Shown one piece after another: positions 18,996-27,406 of a DNA stretch of 32,000 nucleotides. The notes under the pieces were generated by a model. The model saw only the letters and a program-made list of their open reading frames with translations, did no database searches and was not told where the DNA came from. Numbering within the stretch: position 1 is the first letter of the stretch; every line of letters begins with the position of its first letter. The position numbers and the translations under genes are program-made. Source of the stretch: Alkalilimnicola ehrlichii MLHE-1 (GTDB lineage: Bacteria; Pseudomonadota; Gammaproteobacteria; Nitrococcales; Halorhodospiraceae). The DNA lies in NCBI RefSeq assembly GCF_000014785.1, contig NC_008340.1, positions 2,160,001 through 2,192,000 of the forward strand, given 5' to 3'.

Positions 18996-20264
18996 ATGAG
19001 CAATGCCCCCTGGACGAACCCCATGCCCGAGCCGCAATTCGAGCTGATGCGGCGCATCCTGGCCGCCCCCAGCCCGGTGGGGCTGGAGGGCGCCATGACC
19101 TACGGCGTGCTCAAGCCCCACTTCGAGGGGTTCGCGCCCGCGGACTGGCACCTGCACCAGTTCAAGGGCCACGCCGGCGTGGTGCTGGATACCCACCCGG
19201 GCCGTGATGACCTGTTCAAGGTCATGGTGATCGGCCACGCGGACAAGATCCGCATGCAGGTCCGCTCCATCGGCGACGACGGCAAGATCTGGATCAACAC
19301 CGACGCCTTCCTGCCCAACGTACTGGTCGGCCACGAGGTCACGCTCTTCAGCGAGGACCCCGAGGCCCCGGGCCAATACCGGCGCATCGAGGGCGGCACC
19401 GTGGAGGCGCTGGGCGCCATCCACTTCTCCGACCCGAAGCAGCGCACCGGCGAGCAGGGCATCAAGAAAGAGCAGATCTACCTGGACCTGCAGATCCACG
19501 GCGAAAACAAAAAGCAGCAGGTGGAGAACCTGGGCGTGCGCCCCGGGGATTCGATCCTGTTCAACCGCCCCATCCGCCACGGTTTCAGCCCCGACACCTT
19601 CTATGGCGCCTACCTGGACAACGGCCTGGGCTGCTTCGTCACCGCCGAGGTGGCCCGGCTGATCGCCGAGGCCGGCGGCACGGAAAAGGTCAGGGTGTTG
19701 TTCGCCATCGCCAGCTACGAGGAGATCGGCCGCTTCGGCAGCCGGGTACTGGCCGGGGAGCTCAAGCCCGATGCCATCATCGCCGTGGACGTGAACCACG
19801 ACTACGTGGCCGCCCCCGGTATCGGCGACCGGCGCATGCAGCCGCTGGAGATGGGTAAGGGCTTCACCCTGTCGGTGGGTGCCGTGGCCAGCGAGCAGCT
19901 CAACCGGATCATCGAAAGCACCGCCAAGGCGCAACAGATCCCCATGCAGCGCGACGTTGTGGGGAACGACACCGGTACCGACGGCATGGCCGGCGTGCTC
20001 GCCTCCGTGGACTGCGTGGCCACCTCCATCGGCTTCCCGATCCGGAACATGCACACCATCTCCGAGACCGGCAACACCCGCGATGTGCTGGCGGCCATCC
20101 ACGCCATCACCCGCAGCCTGCAGGCGCTGGACGCCCTGGCGGATCCGCATCGGGAGTTCCTGGACAACCACCCACGCCTGGACCAGGCCAATTCACTGGG
20201 CCATCAGGGCGGAGAGAAGCCGGATGACGGCGAGCCGTCCACAACGCCGGAGAAAACCACCTGA
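18996..20264 (+). CDS. M42 family metallopeptidase (glutamyl aminopeptidase/FrvX-like)
   Basis: The start is taken at MSNAPWTNP, with GAGAGAG upstream. Family-typical blocks are present: VMVIGHADKI, YLDNGLGCFV, SYEEIGRFGS and RNMHTISE. Confidence 0.8.
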   Translation: MSNAPWTNPMPEPQFELMRRILAAPSPVGLEGAMTYGVLKPHFEGFAPADWHLHQFKGHAGVVLDTHPGRDDLFKVMVIGHADKIRMQVRSIGDDGKIWINTDAFLPNVLVGHEVTLFSEDPEAPGQYRRIEGGTVEALGAIHFSDPKQRTGEQGIKKEQIYLDLQIHGENKKQQVENLGVRPGDSILFNRPIRHGFSPDTFYGAYLDNGLGCFVTAEVARLIAEAGGTEKVRVLFAIASYEEIGRFGSRVLAGELKPDAIIAVDVNHDYVAAPGIGDRRMQPLEMGKGFTLSVGAVASEQLNRIIESTAKAQQIPMQRDVVGNDTGTDGMAGVLASVDCVATSIGFPIRNMHTISETGNTRDVLAAIHAITRSLQALDALADPHREFLDNHPRLDQANSLGHQGGEKPDDGEPSTTPEKTT

Positions 20265-20387
20265 CCGAGCCCCGGTCAGGGCCGGCAAGGGCAGTCGTCC
20301 GCTGCCTGGCACGGAACCGCTCCGCCCCGTAGCCCTCCTGCTACAGGCGGTGGAGGGCTGCGGGGGCCAGCGGGGGGTGGCCACGGC

Positions 20388-21353
20388 TCAACGCCCTTGG
20401 GCCCCGCGCCGCAGCCAACCATGCACAAAGGCCAGCTTGTGGCGGGCGTGGTTTGAGAGCACGAAGGGGTAGAGATCCGGCAGCCCCATGGAGCGGTTGA
20501 CGTGGTTGACGCCCACCGAGAGCGACGCCGCGATGTGAATCAACCTGTCCGGGTCCGGCTCGGAGTAGGGATCCCAGCCCGCATGCGGAAGCTGCGGCAT
20601 TGACAGACCCGAGGCCACGAAGCTGTCGGTGATATCCGTCAGATGCAACAGGTGCGCGGCCGTCTCCGCCCAGTCCTCGTGGGGATGGGACGAGGCGTAG
20701 GTGGTGAGGTAGTACTGCCGCCACTCGGGAGGCGGGCCGTTCTCAAAATAGTACTGCAACGATGCCCGATAATCGATTCGCTCATCACCGAACATGGCGC
20801 GGAACGCGTCCAGGAAATCATTACGCAGACTCAGCCGCCACCACAGCATATGCGCGATCTCGTGGCGCATGTGGCCAATCATGGTGCGATAGGGCTCTTG
20901 CAGCGCCTCGCGCCGGGTGGCGACCAGTACCGGATCCACCTCCTCCACACTGATCGTAACCACCCCCTCGGCATGCCCCATGGGCACCGGCGTGGGGCCC
21001 TCGGCCAGCATGTGGAACACCGGCCGCGCCCCGGGGTCCTCTGGCCGGAACCAGTGCCAGCGCCCCAGGTTGTCCAGCACCCACCGCTTGGCTGCCTCCG
21101 TTTTCGCCCAGTTGGGAATCGCGTTCGGGATCGACGGGTCCGGGGCCAACGCCGTCATGGCGCAGGAGCGGCAGAAGGCCCCCTCCTCCGGCGCAATCCA
21201 GTTGCAGCCGATGACGTCCCGGTTGGCGCAGAACGGCGGCATGGGCAGGAAAGCCCGTGCCTGGGGGTCGTAAGCGACCGGGGTACCGTCGGCGGTGGCC
21301 AAGTTATCGAACCAAAGCGAGCCCCCACCGACCGGGTTGGCGAACACGCGCAT
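20388..21353 (-). CDS. putative zinc-binding metallopeptidase (HExxH), zinc-ribbon-associated family
   Basis: 321 aa with an HEIAH motif and a downstream HPHEDWAE metal-ligand-like block. A Cys cluster (FCANRDVIGCNW...FCRSC) lies ahead of the catalytic domain. It resembles the family annotated as putative zinc-binding metallo-peptidase. Confidence 0.7.
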   Translation of the reverse strand: MRVFANPVGGGSLWFDNLATADGTPVAYDPQARAFLPMPPFCANRDVIGCNWIAPEEGAFCRSCAMTALAPDPSIPNAIPNWAKTEAAKRWVLDNLGRWHWFRPEDPGARPVFHMLAEGPTPVPMGHAEGVVTISVEEVDPVLVATRREALQEPYRTMIGHMRHEIAHMLWWRLSLRNDFLDAFRAMFGDERIDYRASLQYYFENGPPPEWRQYYLTTYASSHPHEDWAETAAHLLHLTDITDSFVASGLSMPQLPHAGWDPYSEPDPDRLIHIAASLSVGVNHVNRSMGLPDLYPFVLSNHARHKLAFVHGWLRRGAQGR

Positions 21354-21551
21354 GCGCAGGACTCCTGCCAGGTGATGTCACCCACCATACTGGGCGGTGC
21401 AGGCCGATCCGTCCACCCGCCCCTGGCAAAGACCGGATTCAACAGCGGAGAACGCCTCGGAATCACCCCGAGGCGCTCCGCGCACCAAGAGCAACGCCTG
21501 CGGCAAAAGGCCTTGAGCAAAGCCATCTCCGGTCATTGCGCGCCCTGCCGC

Positions 21552-21774
21552 CCGCTGCGCAGGCCCGAATGAACGAATAACGGCGTACCCCCATCATCGC
21601 GAGGGCCGAAGGCTTTCCCCCGGTCATCGCGAGGGCCGAACGCTTTCCCCCGTCATCGCGAGGGCCGAAGGCCCGTGGCGATCCAGGGCGGTAGACTGCC
21701 ACGTCGGCTTCGCCTCCTCGCAGTGACGGTGGGGGCGACCTTCCGCTTCCGGCACAGTCCAGTTCTTCAAGAGG
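21552..21774 (+). repeat. MITE-like composite palindromic repeat, copy B (leader + two 29/30-bp modules + hairpin core 21652-21735 + 16-mer)
   Basis: The architecture matches copy A in the opposite orientation. The core is GTCATCGCGAGGGCCGAAGGCCCGTGGCGATCCAGGGCGGTAGACTGCCACGTCGGCTTCGCCTCCTCGCAGTGACGGTGGGGG. Confidence 0.85.
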
Positions 21775-21880
21775 GCCGAACGCTTTCCCCCGTCATCGCG
21801 AGGGCCGAAGGCCCGCGGCGATCCAGGGCGGTAGACTGCCACGTCGGCTTCGCCTCCTCGCAGCGACGGTGGGGCGGCCT
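21771..21880 (+). repeat. MITE-like repeat, copy C (one module remnant + hairpin core 21792-21874)
   Basis: The core differs from copy B at 2 positions. It directly abuts copy B. Confidence 0.85.
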
Positions 21881-21921
21881 ACCCTTTGCTCCTCGCCGTG
21901 ACAACTTAATTCAGCGTCTCC

Positions 21922-23220
21922 CTAGACGTAGAAGTCCAACTCCTCCTGGGCCCTGAGCAGCTCCCGCATCGTGATCGGGTCGTCGCCGAAGAAGAATATG
22001 AGCCCCCAGTGGGTGCCGAACGCCGAGCGCTCCGGCACCGTCTCTTCGGCCGGCGCGACCAGTTCGTGCGATTCGAAATAGGGGTGCTCTATGGTCTCCT
22101 TGGGCATTTCCAGCTTGCTGACAACCCGGCGGCGCGGATACACCCCGAAGCAGCCCGCGTAGCCCTTCGCGTCGACCACCTCGCGCGGGAAGAAGGCATT
22201 CACCTCCTCCTCGGTGCTCTTGGGGTCGAAGACCAGCATCGATGCCTGATAGGCATTGAACCCGTAGGCACGCTCGATAAGCTCGAAGGCCTTGAACCCG
22301 GGCGGGCGATAAGCGACCTCGCCGAAGTACATCTCACCGTCCGCGGTCACGAAATACTCTGGATGAATCAGCCCGAACTGGATATCGAACGTCTTGATCA
22401 ACTTCTCGATTTGCTTGGTAACCGCGTCGCGCCAGCTCTCAAGCTCCTTGGTGGCGGGAACGAATACCGAATAGCCCAGAGTCACGTACTCGGAGATATT
22501 GAGGAACTTGATCTTGCCATCGTGAATCCAGGCCTCGACAGCAAACTCCCAGCCATCAAGGTGGCTTTCCATCAGCAAGGGATACTCTTCGTCCGGAATG
22601 TGGTCGATCTCTTCCACGCTTTTGATCATCCGGTGCCCAAGGCAACCCGCCTTGTCGAATGCCTTGAGGTGAATCGGGTCATCGGGATCGCCATCAAGCT
22701 TGAGCAGCGTCTGGTTAACGCGCTTCATGAAACGAATGACGTCCTCTTTCTCGTGGGCTTCCTCGAATATCCCCACACGAATACCACCAAGCTGGGCACG
22801 ACGTTTCATCAACGCCTTGTCACGGAATAGGATAGACTGCCCGTAAATGCGGGGATTACCTAACAGAACGGAATTGATTGCGCCCGCCCATTCAACCGTC
22901 TCCTCGAACAGTGGAATGGCGACATCAACGCCCTCTTCCTTGAGCACTTCGGCAATCTCCAGGGAACGGTCATTCAGGCGCAAGAAATCCCAGCGAACAT
23001 ACGGAATCTTGTTTGCCTTGCAGAAATCCTCAGCCCAATCAGGCGCAACAACCACATAACGACGGTCGAATTTCTGCGCCGCCTTGATGGCATTAACACT
23101 CCAGCCCAGAAGGGCGATGTAGCCCTTATTGGGATCCTTGGGCGTTTCCGTTCCGCGCACCGAATCCAGCGTTGGATCCACCCAGGATGAAAGGTCTGTA
23201 TTTTCCGGAGCTGCTGCCAT
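21922..23220 (-). CDS. ATP-grasp domain protein (carboxylate-amine/L-amino-acid-ligase-like), substrate unknown
   Basis: 432 aa with AAGGGG 8 nt before the ATG. The central ATP-grasp layout runs from RDKALMKRRAQLGGIRV through KAFDKAGCLGH and LMESHLDGWEFAVEAW to the C-terminal GLIHPEYFVTADGEMYFGEVAYRPPG. Hand counts of sample lines give about 50% G+C, against about two thirds in flanking genes. Confidence 0.7.
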   Translation of the reverse strand: MAAAPENTDLSSWVDPTLDSVRGTETPKDPNKGYIALLGWSVNAIKAAQKFDRRYVVVAPDWAEDFCKANKIPYVRWDFLRLNDRSLEIAEVLKEEGVDVAIPLFEETVEWAGAINSVLLGNPRIYGQSILFRDKALMKRRAQLGGIRVGIFEEAHEKEDVIRFMKRVNQTLLKLDGDPDDPIHLKAFDKAGCLGHRMIKSVEEIDHIPDEEYPLLMESHLDGWEFAVEAWIHDGKIKFLNISEYVTLGYSVFVPATKELESWRDAVTKQIEKLIKTFDIQFGLIHPEYFVTADGEMYFGEVAYRPPGFKAFELIERAYGFNAYQASMLVFDPKSTEEEVNAFFPREVVDAKGYAGCFGVYPRRRVVSKLEMPKETIEHPYFESHELVAPAEETVPERSAFGTHWGLIFFFGDDPITMRELLRAQEELDFYV

Positions 23221-23498
23221 TGGACGTACCCCTTACTGTTTTAAGAAAAATCGTGCACTGCAGCCCGATTTTCCACGGGTCACACCACCAGGTGCTCAAC
23301 GGCTCAATGAAAAAGGCCCCGGTCTGATGCTTGGATTAACTGCCTGCTTTGTCCGAACAGTCTAGTCAAAGTGAGGGCGTCGGCAACATAAACCCGCTTT
23401 TTCCCTTTTGCCCCAATGCCCTAGGCATGGAGTAGGAAGGTCCATCTGCCTCTCCCCGGATGGTTGCATGGCCCCATCCGGGCAGGCAGGGACGCTGA

Positions 23499-24395
23499 TC
23501 AGTTATCGGTCAAATGGGAAGGTGGCCGTGCGGCTCTGGAATGCACGCTCAGCGCCGTCACCGTAACCAATATCAGCGCCATGCCCAAGACTTGCATTGC
23601 CACCAGGCTCTCGCTCAAGACCACGACGCCGAACAAGGACGCGGTCACCGGCTCCACCATGGCCACGATCGAGGCCACCGCCGGGGCCGTATGGTTCAGG
23701 CCGATGATATAGAGCACGAACGACAATCCTGCGCCGAGCACGCCCAGTGCCACGAACCACGGCCAGTCCGGCGTGCTCAGGGCAACGACCATCTGCCCGG
23801 CATCGCCCGGCCAGATCAGGATGACGGCCAGTACCGCAAACGCAATGCAGAGAATCGCCTGCGGGCTGCCGTGCGGCGCCGCATACTTGAATCCGAAGAT
23901 GAAGATCGCGTAGGACAGCCCGGACAGCAGCCCGGCGCCCACGCCAATCGCCGTCAGACCGCTGCCACTGATGTCGTAGATCTGCGTCAGCAGCGCGATG
24001 CCCACCATGACCACCGCGATCGCGGCCCACTTCAGGGTGGTGGGGCGTTCCAGCTTCAGCGCGAACGAGACGAGGTACACGAACACCGGCGCGCAGTACA
24101 TCAACGTCGCCGCCACCGCCACGCTGCCGTTCGCGATGCTCAGGAAATAGAACGAGAAGTTGCCGGCCACGCCGAGCCCGGCCACCGCCGACCAGAACCA
24201 CAGCCGGCGATTGCCCAGCCCACTGCCCTGCGGGCGCAGCATCAGCCAGGCGAGAACGCACAGCAAGCCGATCGCGCCCCGGTAGAAGGAGACGACGAAC
24301 GGGTCCCAGCCATCGGCCATGAGGATTCCGCCGATACCGCCGGACAACCCCCAGAAAAGCGCCGCCATTGCGACGAAAGCCGTGCTCGCACCCAT
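23499..24395 (-). CDS. DMT superfamily (EamA-like) transporter
   Basis: The start is taken at MGASTAFVAMAALFWGLSGG. It has about 10 predicted hydrophobic helices in two EamA-like halves. A 9-bp hairpin (CCCGGATGG...CCATCCGGG) follows the stop. Confidence 0.8.
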   Translation of the reverse strand: MGASTAFVAMAALFWGLSGGIGGILMADGWDPFVVSFYRGAIGLLCVLAWLMLRPQGSGLGNRRLWFWSAVAGLGVAGNFSFYFLSIANGSVAVAATLMYCAPVFVYLVSFALKLERPTTLKWAAIAVVMVGIALLTQIYDISGSGLTAIGVGAGLLSGLSYAIFIFGFKYAAPHGSPQAILCIAFAVLAVILIWPGDAGQMVVALSTPDWPWFVALGVLGAGLSFVLYIIGLNHTAPAVASIVAMVEPVTASLFGVVVLSESLVAMQVLGMALILVTVTALSVHSRAARPPSHLTDN

Positions 24396-24650
24396 TATTT
24401 GATCTCGCTCGTTGGTAATGGATTCAAGACCGCCCGGTGGCCGGGTCCGCATAGGCACCCCGCGAGCCCCGGTGTCAGACCGAACCGTTACGGCTCACAG
24501 CCCCGGCGAGGTCGCGGTGCCCCTCACGCTGCACCTTTTCAGGAGACCGGCATGATACAGATTTGGCACGGGGCTTTGGTGCCCGGCACGATGTGATCCC
24601 GCCGCCGTTTGCCATGCGCCCCTTTCAAAGGCAGGGTGCGCGCCGTCACG

Positions 24651-25211
24651 CTATCGACCCTGCTCAATATAGGCCCGCCGGCCACCGAAATCCGTCACGT
24701 CGCGGGCACCCTCCAGGGCGTACCCCTCGCACACGAAGCCGTTCACCCAGCGGCCGTCCGCCAGTTCCACCTTGCCGATCCCCAACGGCGACGGGATAAG
24801 GTCCACGAGCGAGCCGAAGGCGTGGGCCGGCATCCGCCAGACCTCCAGCACGATGGACCGCCCGCTGTCGTCGCCCACCCGGCGCAGGCCCGGCTTGGGC
24901 GGGGTCGTGTCCGGCAGGGCGTGCAGGCGATAGCGCGGTGCGGTGGTGGGCTCGCTTTCCGGCGTCACCGCCTGCTCCACGGGGCGGGGCCGGTCGGTGG
25001 CACCCAAGGGGGTGGGCTGGTGGTTCAGCCACTCGGTGGCCAGGGCCTGGAGCTCACCGTCCTTCCAGGCGCCGCTGATCAGGGTGCCCCCGAAAGGCAG
25101 GCCATCCGCACGGAACCCGGCGGGCACCGACAGGGCGCAGAAGTCCGCCAGGTTGACGAAGTTGGTGTAGGTGCCCATCCGGCTGTTCACACCCACCGGG
25201 TCCCCTCGCAC
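24651..25211 (-). pseudogene. allophanate hydrolase, C-terminal remnant only
   Basis: It carries the last part of an amidase-signature domain (NSRMGTYTNFVNLADFCALSVPAGF). It also carries the AtzF-type C-terminal domain (APRYRLHAL...PKPGLRRV...LEVWRMPAHAFGSLV...PLGIGKVELADGRWVNGFVCEGYALEGARDVTDFGGRRAYI). About 400 N-terminal residues are absent. Confidence 0.7.
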
Positions 25212-25279
25212 AGCACCCGCCGCACCACCCCGGCCCGTTCAGCGGCCAAGGGGATTTCCATCTTCATGGATTCCAGCAC
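25187..25279 (-). pseudogene. urea carboxylase remnant: biotinyl-lysine (BCCP) motif only
   Basis: A minus-strand frame not listed in the ORF track reads VLESMKMEIPLAAERAGVVRRVLCEG and then stops. xMKM is the biotin attachment motif. It lies between the UAAP and allophanate hydrolase remnants, where urea carboxylase normally sits. Confidence 0.5.
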
Positions 25280-25382
25280 CGTAGCCGATGCCCTCGGCGG
25301 CCTGCAGGGCCACGTCCAGGTCCTCCCGCCGTTTTCGTTCTGGCGGCCAGGGTCGTCCCCGGCCCGGGATGTCCGGTCCGGG

Positions 25383-25975
25383 TCAGTCCCAGATGATCAT
25401 CTCGATGGGGGTCGGGTTGTAGGCGTTACAGGGGTTGTTGAGCTGCGGGCAGTTGGAGACCAGCACGATCACGTCCATCTCGGCACGCATCTCCACGTAC
25501 TTGCCCGGCGCCGAGATGCCGTCCTCGAACGTCAGCCCCCCGTCCGGCGTCAGCGGGACGTTCATGAAGAAGTTGATGTTGCTGACAATATCCCGCTTGG
25601 TGAGGCCGTAGTGGCTCTCCTGGATGGCGAGCAGGTAGTTGTCGCGGCAGGAGTGCATGGGTTTCTTGTCCAGGGCGTAGCGCACCTGGTTGGACTCGGC
25701 CGCGCAGGCCCCGCCCAGGGTGTCGTGGCGGCCGCAGGTGTCGGCGGTGAGGGTGAGCATGACGTTGCCCTCGTTGGACATCAGCCGGCTGCCGGTGGTC
25801 AGGTAGACGTTGCCCTGGGCGCGGATGTCTTCGGCGGTGGTGATGCCGCCGATGGGGTCGTGCCAGCCCAATGTCTCGTCCACCATGGAGAGCAGCACCC
25901 CGCCCATGTCCGAATAGAGCATGTTGCCCTTGCGCAGGCGGGCGGTGTGCTGGCCCTTGAGGGTGTCGGCCGTCG
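25383..25975 (-). pseudogene. urea carboxylase-associated protein (DUF1989/UAAP family), N-terminally truncated
   Basis: It reads [38 protein letters not shown]...CGRHDTLGG...[31 protein letters not shown]. The frame is open upstream of the listed Met and is fused to an unrelated fragment. Confidence 0.6.
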
Positions 25976-26622
25976 GCGAGACCCACCGCCTCCAGCATGG
26001 CCTCGGCCTGCGCCCGGGCCTTGCGGCGGGCGCCGCCGAACAGCCGGCCGAGAAAGCGCGACTGGGTGAACTCCATGGCCAGCATGACGTTGCGCAGGGC
26101 GGTCAGGTGGGGGAAGACCGAGTACTTCTGGAAGACCACGCCCCGGTCGGGCCCCGGTTCGTCGGGCATGGGCTCGCCGTCGGGGAACTGGATACCGACG
26201 AAGTCGGGGTTCGGGGCGCGCTCGCCCAGCAGGCCGTGATCGAAGGCGAACTGGCGGACGCTCTCCATGGTCTCCGGGGGCTGCTCGCCGGTGATGAAGG
26301 TCACCGCGACGGCCGCCGAGTGGAAGAACTCAGTGGAGGCCAGTTGCGCCTCGTAGCCCGCCAGGTCGGTGCCGGCGGCATCGCCCATGTCGGCGCGGGC
26401 CCGCTCACCCACTTCGTCCTCGCGGATGTCCCGCTCGGTCATGTCCACAGACTCCAGCGCCCGGGCCAGCAGGTAGTGGGAGACGGAGAGCTCCACCAGG
26501 TGCACACGCTGGCCGGCGATGTCGGCGAGCCGGTCGGTGTCCTTGAGCACCACGCCGTCGTTGCCGGCGGAGAAGTCGCCGATGATCAGCGCCGTGGTGT
26601 CCACCCCGCCCCAGTGCACCAC
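25972..26622 (-). pseudogene. chimeric ORF: internal fragment of an NMT1/urea-cluster ABC substrate-binding protein (about 26140-26622) fused to a short ABC ATPase fragment (25972-26139)
   Basis: The substrate-binding part reads GQRVHLVELSVSHYLLARALESVDMTERDI. It switches abruptly to [24 protein letters not shown]...[11 protein letters not shown], the post-Walker-A/Q-loop region of a NitT/TauT-type ATPase. There is no signal peptide, no Walker A motif and no permease gene. Confidence 0.5.
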
Positions 26623-26676
26623 TGATGCCCCTTCGCACTGCGACGGTGCGACACCAGGCGGGCGCCATTTTCATAC

Positions 26677-26705
26677 TTGCCTACTTGGTTTTGATTCGCT
26701 ACTAT
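26677..26705 (+). promoter_or_regulatory. candidate sigma-70 promoter of the MarR-type gene, overlapped by an inverted repeat
   Basis: The promoter is TTGCCT-N17-TACTAT. The inverted repeat TTTTGATTCG (26689-26698) / CGATTCAAAA (26721-26730) has 9 of 10 positions complementary and straddles the -10 box and the expected start site. Confidence 0.4.
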
Positions 26706-26742
26706 CTGTCTAACTCGTTTCGATTCAAAACGGACAAGCCCT

Positions 26743-27315
26743 ATGCCCTCTGGTCTGCAACCTGCTGTCGTCGGTGCCCTGATGCGCTACTTGGTGCGCG
26801 TCGGCGAGAGCAATCTCTCGCACGATCAGGTCACGCCGCTGCAATGGATCGCGCTGAACTACTTCGCGATCGCCAACCCGGCATCGCGCACGGTGTCCGG
26901 CTTCGCGGCGTACAACGCCACCTCCAAGGGGACGGCCTCTCAGGTGGTCAATGTATTGGAGCGGCGTGGGCTGGTGAGCAAAACCCGCTCCAGCGAGGAC
27001 GGGCGAAGCACGCGGATCACGGTCACCGAGAGCGGTGCCCGGGCGCTTAGGGACCACCCTGAAAACCGGTTGAACGAGGCGATCGGCCACCTTCCGCCGG
27101 CCGATCAGGCGGCGCTGGAGCGCATCGTCTCCGGGCTGCTGACCGAGCTGGAGACCGATAACCCGCAGCTGACGGTCGGCACCTGCCATGACTGTAGCTG
27201 TCTTGGGGCGAACGGTAAGGACGAGGCCTTCTACTGCTGGCGGAAGGAACAGACCTTGCAGCGAAAAGACCTGAACCAGATTTGTATCCAGCACGAACCG
27301 GTGGCCGACCGATGA
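26743..27315 (+). CDS. MarR family transcriptional regulator with Cys-rich C-terminal extension
   Basis: The winged-helix core reads TPLQWIALNYF...SQVVNVLERRGLVSKTRSSEDGRSTRITVTESG. An extra tail of about 45 aa follows: GTCHDCSCLGANGKDEAFYCWRKEQTLQRKDLNQICIQHEP, which carries 5 Cys. Confidence 0.75.
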   Translation: MPSGLQPAVVGALMRYLVRVGESNLSHDQVTPLQWIALNYFAIANPASRTVSGFAAYNATSKGTASQVVNVLERRGLVSKTRSSEDGRSTRITVTESGARALRDHPENRLNEAIGHLPPADQAALERIVSGLLTELETDNPQLTVGTCHDCSCLGANGKDEAFYCWRKEQTLQRKDLNQICIQHEPVADR

Positions 27316-27406
27316 CGATAAAGCTGTTGGCCGACTGCCGGCGCATCGCGCCAGCAACAGTCACCAACCGCACCCGAAAAACCGCCGCACCAGATTAGGG
27401 GGCACC

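Noticed and set aside
15787-21353. Classical integrase-bearing genomic island inserted in ssrA
   Set aside because: There is no tyrosine recombinase gene and no detectable direct repeat of the tmRNA 3' end. It is kept only as a composition and synteny observation in the findings.
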